Source: a phage. Taken from it: DNA of 1,091 bases. A program made the position numbers and the translations under genes. The notes under the pieces were generated by a model. It worked only from the letters and a program-made list of their open reading frames with translations. It was not told the origin of the DNA and searched no databases. Of the stretch, positions 1 to 1,091 are shown piece by piece. The stretch's first letter is position 1. Each line of letters opens with the position of its first letter. The stretch lies in sequence record J05393.1. The stretch is one strand, 5' to 3'.

Positions 1-1
1 A

Positions 2-103
2 AAAGGGAAGTTTCTCAAAAAGGTCCGGGAGCGTGGCGGCTTCTCTGCCGTCGCATACGGATTCGGGCAATTCAAGATCGCAATTTACGAAATGATGAAA
101 TAG
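2..103 (+). CDS. 3' end of an upstream protein-coding gene (C-terminal fragment, truncated by window edge); product unknown
   Basis: Frame starting at nt 2 reads without stops to TAG at 101-103 (...KGKFLKKVRERGGFSAVAYGFGQFKIAIYEMMK*). Its codons (GGC, TTC, GCC, GTC, TAC, ATC) look enterobacterial. The other two + frames are also open at the edge: frame 1 runs to TAA 166-168 but uses several rare codons (AGG, CGG x3, ATA x2, CGA x2); frame 3 stops at TGA 93-95. Frame choice is therefore tentative. Confidence 0.4.
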   Translation, partial: KGKFLKKVRERGGFSAVAYGFGQFKIAIYEMMK

Positions 104-109
104 CACTTT

Positions 110-126
110 TTGTTAAAACTGCCGGG
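110..126 (+). repeat. copy 1 of an imperfect 17-bp direct repeat (TTGTTAAAACTGCCGGG)
   Basis: Matches 1073-1089 (TTGCTAAAACTACCCGG) at 14 of 17 positions, with an identical TAAAACT core. Lies 6 nt after the upstream TAG stop. Confidence 0.25.
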
Positions 127-160
127 ATGGAATCTGGCATTATTATCTCACCAAAACGAG

Positions 161-165
161 AGGAA
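161..165 (+). promoter_or_regulatory. Shine-Dalgarno / ribosome-binding site for the methyltransferase gene
   Basis: GAGGA at 161-165, 5 nt upstream of the ATG at 171 (acgaGAGGAataaaATG), with A-rich spacing. Confidence 0.6.
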
Positions 166-170
166 TAAAA

Positions 171-824
171 ATGAAAGACTTTAATGATATCGAAACTATC
201 GACTTTGCAGAAACTGGTTGCTCATTCACTCGCGAAGCAATAGCATCAGGCGGTTATTATCAGGCATTGAAAACGCCAACCTGTAAAGAGATTTCAGGGC
301 GTCGATACAAGGGGACAAATACCCCTGACGCTGTTCGTGATTTATGGTCAACTCCGCGAGAGGTTATTGCATACCTTGAGGGTCGTTATGGGAAATATGA
401 TCTCGACGCTGCGGCAAGCGAAGAAAATAAAGTTTGCGAGAAGTTTTACTCTCAGGAAACAAACTGCTTAAAACGTTGGTGGGGAAAGAATAAGCACGTT
501 TGGTTAAATCCTCCTTATAGCCGACCTGATATATTTGTCAACTCTACTGCGTGGTTTACTGAAGCGCGGCAGAACGCAGCTGAAATAATCTGGATTGAAG
601 CGGACTTGACTGAGGATATTGACGGCAATGAATACGCACGATCCGGTCGCCTGGCTTTCATATCCGGTGAAACTGGAAAGGCCGTAGACGGTAATAACAA
701 AGGTTCGGTAATTTTTATTATGCGCGAACTTAAAGAAGGTGAGGTGCAACAGACTCACTACATCCCAATCACAAGCATTTGCCCTTCGGTGAAAAACAAA
801 CGAGCAAAGGTGAGGAAAGTATGA
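171..824 (+). CDS. DNA N6-adenine methyltransferase, phage Dam-like family (orphan; no partner endonuclease in window)
   Basis: 217-aa ORF with a good SD. It contains WSTP (aa 59-62, nt 345-356), DLDAAAS (aa 77-83, nt 399-419) and VWLNPPYS with the NPPY catalytic tetrapeptide (aa 113-116, nt 507-518). The order and spacing (W-TP ... LD-AAS ... N ... W ... NPPY) match what I recall of phage-encoded Dam-like N6-adenine methyltransferases. Stop TGA at 822-824. Confidence 0.85.
   Translation: MKDFNDIETIDFAETGCSFTREAIASGGYYQALKTPTCKEISGRRYKGTNTPDAVRDLWSTPREVIAYLEGRYGKYDLDAAASEENKVCEKFYSQETNCLKRWWGKNKHVWLNPPYSRPDIFVNSTAWFTEARQNAAEIIWIEADLTEDIDGNEYARSGRLAFISGETGKAVDGNNKGSVIFIMRELKEGEVQQTHYIPITSICPSVKNKRAKVRKV
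809..815 (+). promoter_or_regulatory. Shine-Dalgarno for the downstream small ORF, embedded in the 3' end of the methyltransferase gene
   Basis: aaGGTGAGGaaagtATG: a GGTGAGG purine-rich block ending 5 nt before the ATG at 821. Confidence 0.6.
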
Positions 825-1072
825 TGAGCGAAAAAATGGTTCCTGTTAAATTAACTGAGCAAGGTTTATGGCTACTTTATCGAGCTACGTGCTGCGAAAT
901 TATGGAGCGAAACGGATTGACTCAGGATGTTATTGGTTGCGATCTGTGGGAGTTCACTAGTTCTCTTGATATGCTTTTCGATGAGATAAAAAATGAATAC
1001 ATAGAGAACTGGCCTTCAATCATACAGAAAGACGTGGAAGAACTTAAAGCTGATACAATCGTACAGCACTAA
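821..1072 (+). CDS. hypothetical small acidic protein (83 aa), translationally coupled to the methyltransferase gene
   Basis: ATG at 821-823 overlaps the methyltransferase stop TGA (822-824) as ATGA, with a second ATG at 824-826. The track ORF 779-1072 is the same frame but its first codon is TTG with no SD, so 821 is preferred. Product MMSEKMVPVKLTEQGLWLLYRATCCEIMERNGLTQDVIGCDLWEFTSSLDMLFDEIKNEYIENWPSIIQKDVEELKADTIVQH; by my count 16 D/E versus 7 K/R (net about -9). Stop TAA at 1070-1072. I recognise no family motif. Confidence 0.7.
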   Translation: MMSEKMVPVKLTEQGLWLLYRATCCEIMERNGLTQDVIGCDLWEFTSSLDMLFDEIKNEYIENWPSIIQKDVEELKADTIVQH

Positions 1073-1089
1073 TTGCTAAAACTACCCGG
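1073..1089 (+). repeat. copy 2 of the imperfect 17-bp direct repeat (TTGCTAAAACTACCCGG)
   Basis: Begins immediately after the TAA stop of the small ORF (1070-1072); 14/17 identity to 110-126. Confidence 0.25.
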
Positions 1090-1091
1090 CG

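Noticed and set aside
1-168. Frame-1 reading of the upstream gene, ending at TAA 166-168
   Set aside because: Not excluded, but down-weighted because of clustered rare codons (AGG, CGG, ATA, CGA) compared with the frame ending at TAG 101-103. Listed as an open ambiguity in the findings.
515-700. Minus-strand ORF of 61 aa from the six-frame track
   Set aside because: Also embedded antisense within the methyltransferase gene; short, Ser/Arg-rich, with no supporting translation signal.
504-758. Minus-strand ORF of 84 aa from the six-frame track
   Set aside because: It lies entirely inside the methyltransferase coding region on the opposite strand and spans the complement of the conserved NPPY region. 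Its translation is low-complexity and basic with no recognisable motif, and I see no SD. Most likely a spurious antisense ORF.
779-820. Longer start (track position 779) for the downstream ORF, giving 97 aa
   Set aside because: The codon at 779-781 is TTG, has no upstream SD, and would overlap the methyltransferase gene by 46 nt. The ATG at 821 has a strong SD and the classic ATGA coupling overlap.
831-836. A6 homopolymer near the start of the small ORF as a possible slippage or phase-variation tract
   Set aside because: Six adenines is too short for reliable slipped-strand variation, and AAA/GAA codons are common in this AT-rich coding sequence.
76-944. GATC (canonical Dam target) site frequency as a clue to methyltransferase specificity
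   Set aside because: I count 4 GATC sites (76-79, 399-402, 640-643, 941-944), about what random expectation gives for 1.1 kb. No enrichment or depletion, so it says nothing about specificity.
1073-1091. Possible terminator after the small ORF
   Set aside because: Only 19 nt remain after the stop codon and they show no GC-rich stem followed by a T-run. The window ends too soon to judge.

Overview
The window holds a compact, same-strand (+) gene block that looks phage- or prophage-derived (inference from gene content). It contains: (1) the 3' end of an upstream gene, with an ambiguous frame at the window edge; (2) a complete 217-aa ORF (171-824) that I call a phage-type DNA N6-adenine methyltransferase, based on a WSTP motif, a DLDAAAS segment and the catalytic NPPY tetrapeptide; (3) an 83-aa acidic ORF (821-1072) whose ATG overlaps the methyltransferase stop codon in an ATGA junction and is preceded by a strong Shine-Dalgarno. 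I cannot assign the small ORF to any family from sequence alone; it is the best candidate for something undescribed, possibly a methyltransferase partner or an anti-defence protein, but that is a hypothesis. No restriction endonuclease, tRNA, CRISPR array, transposase or clear terminator is visible. An imperfect 17-bp direct repeat sits just after the stop codons on both sides of the two-gene cassette; its statistical support is weak. No database search or computation was run; all calls come from reading the sequence and the supplied ORF track.
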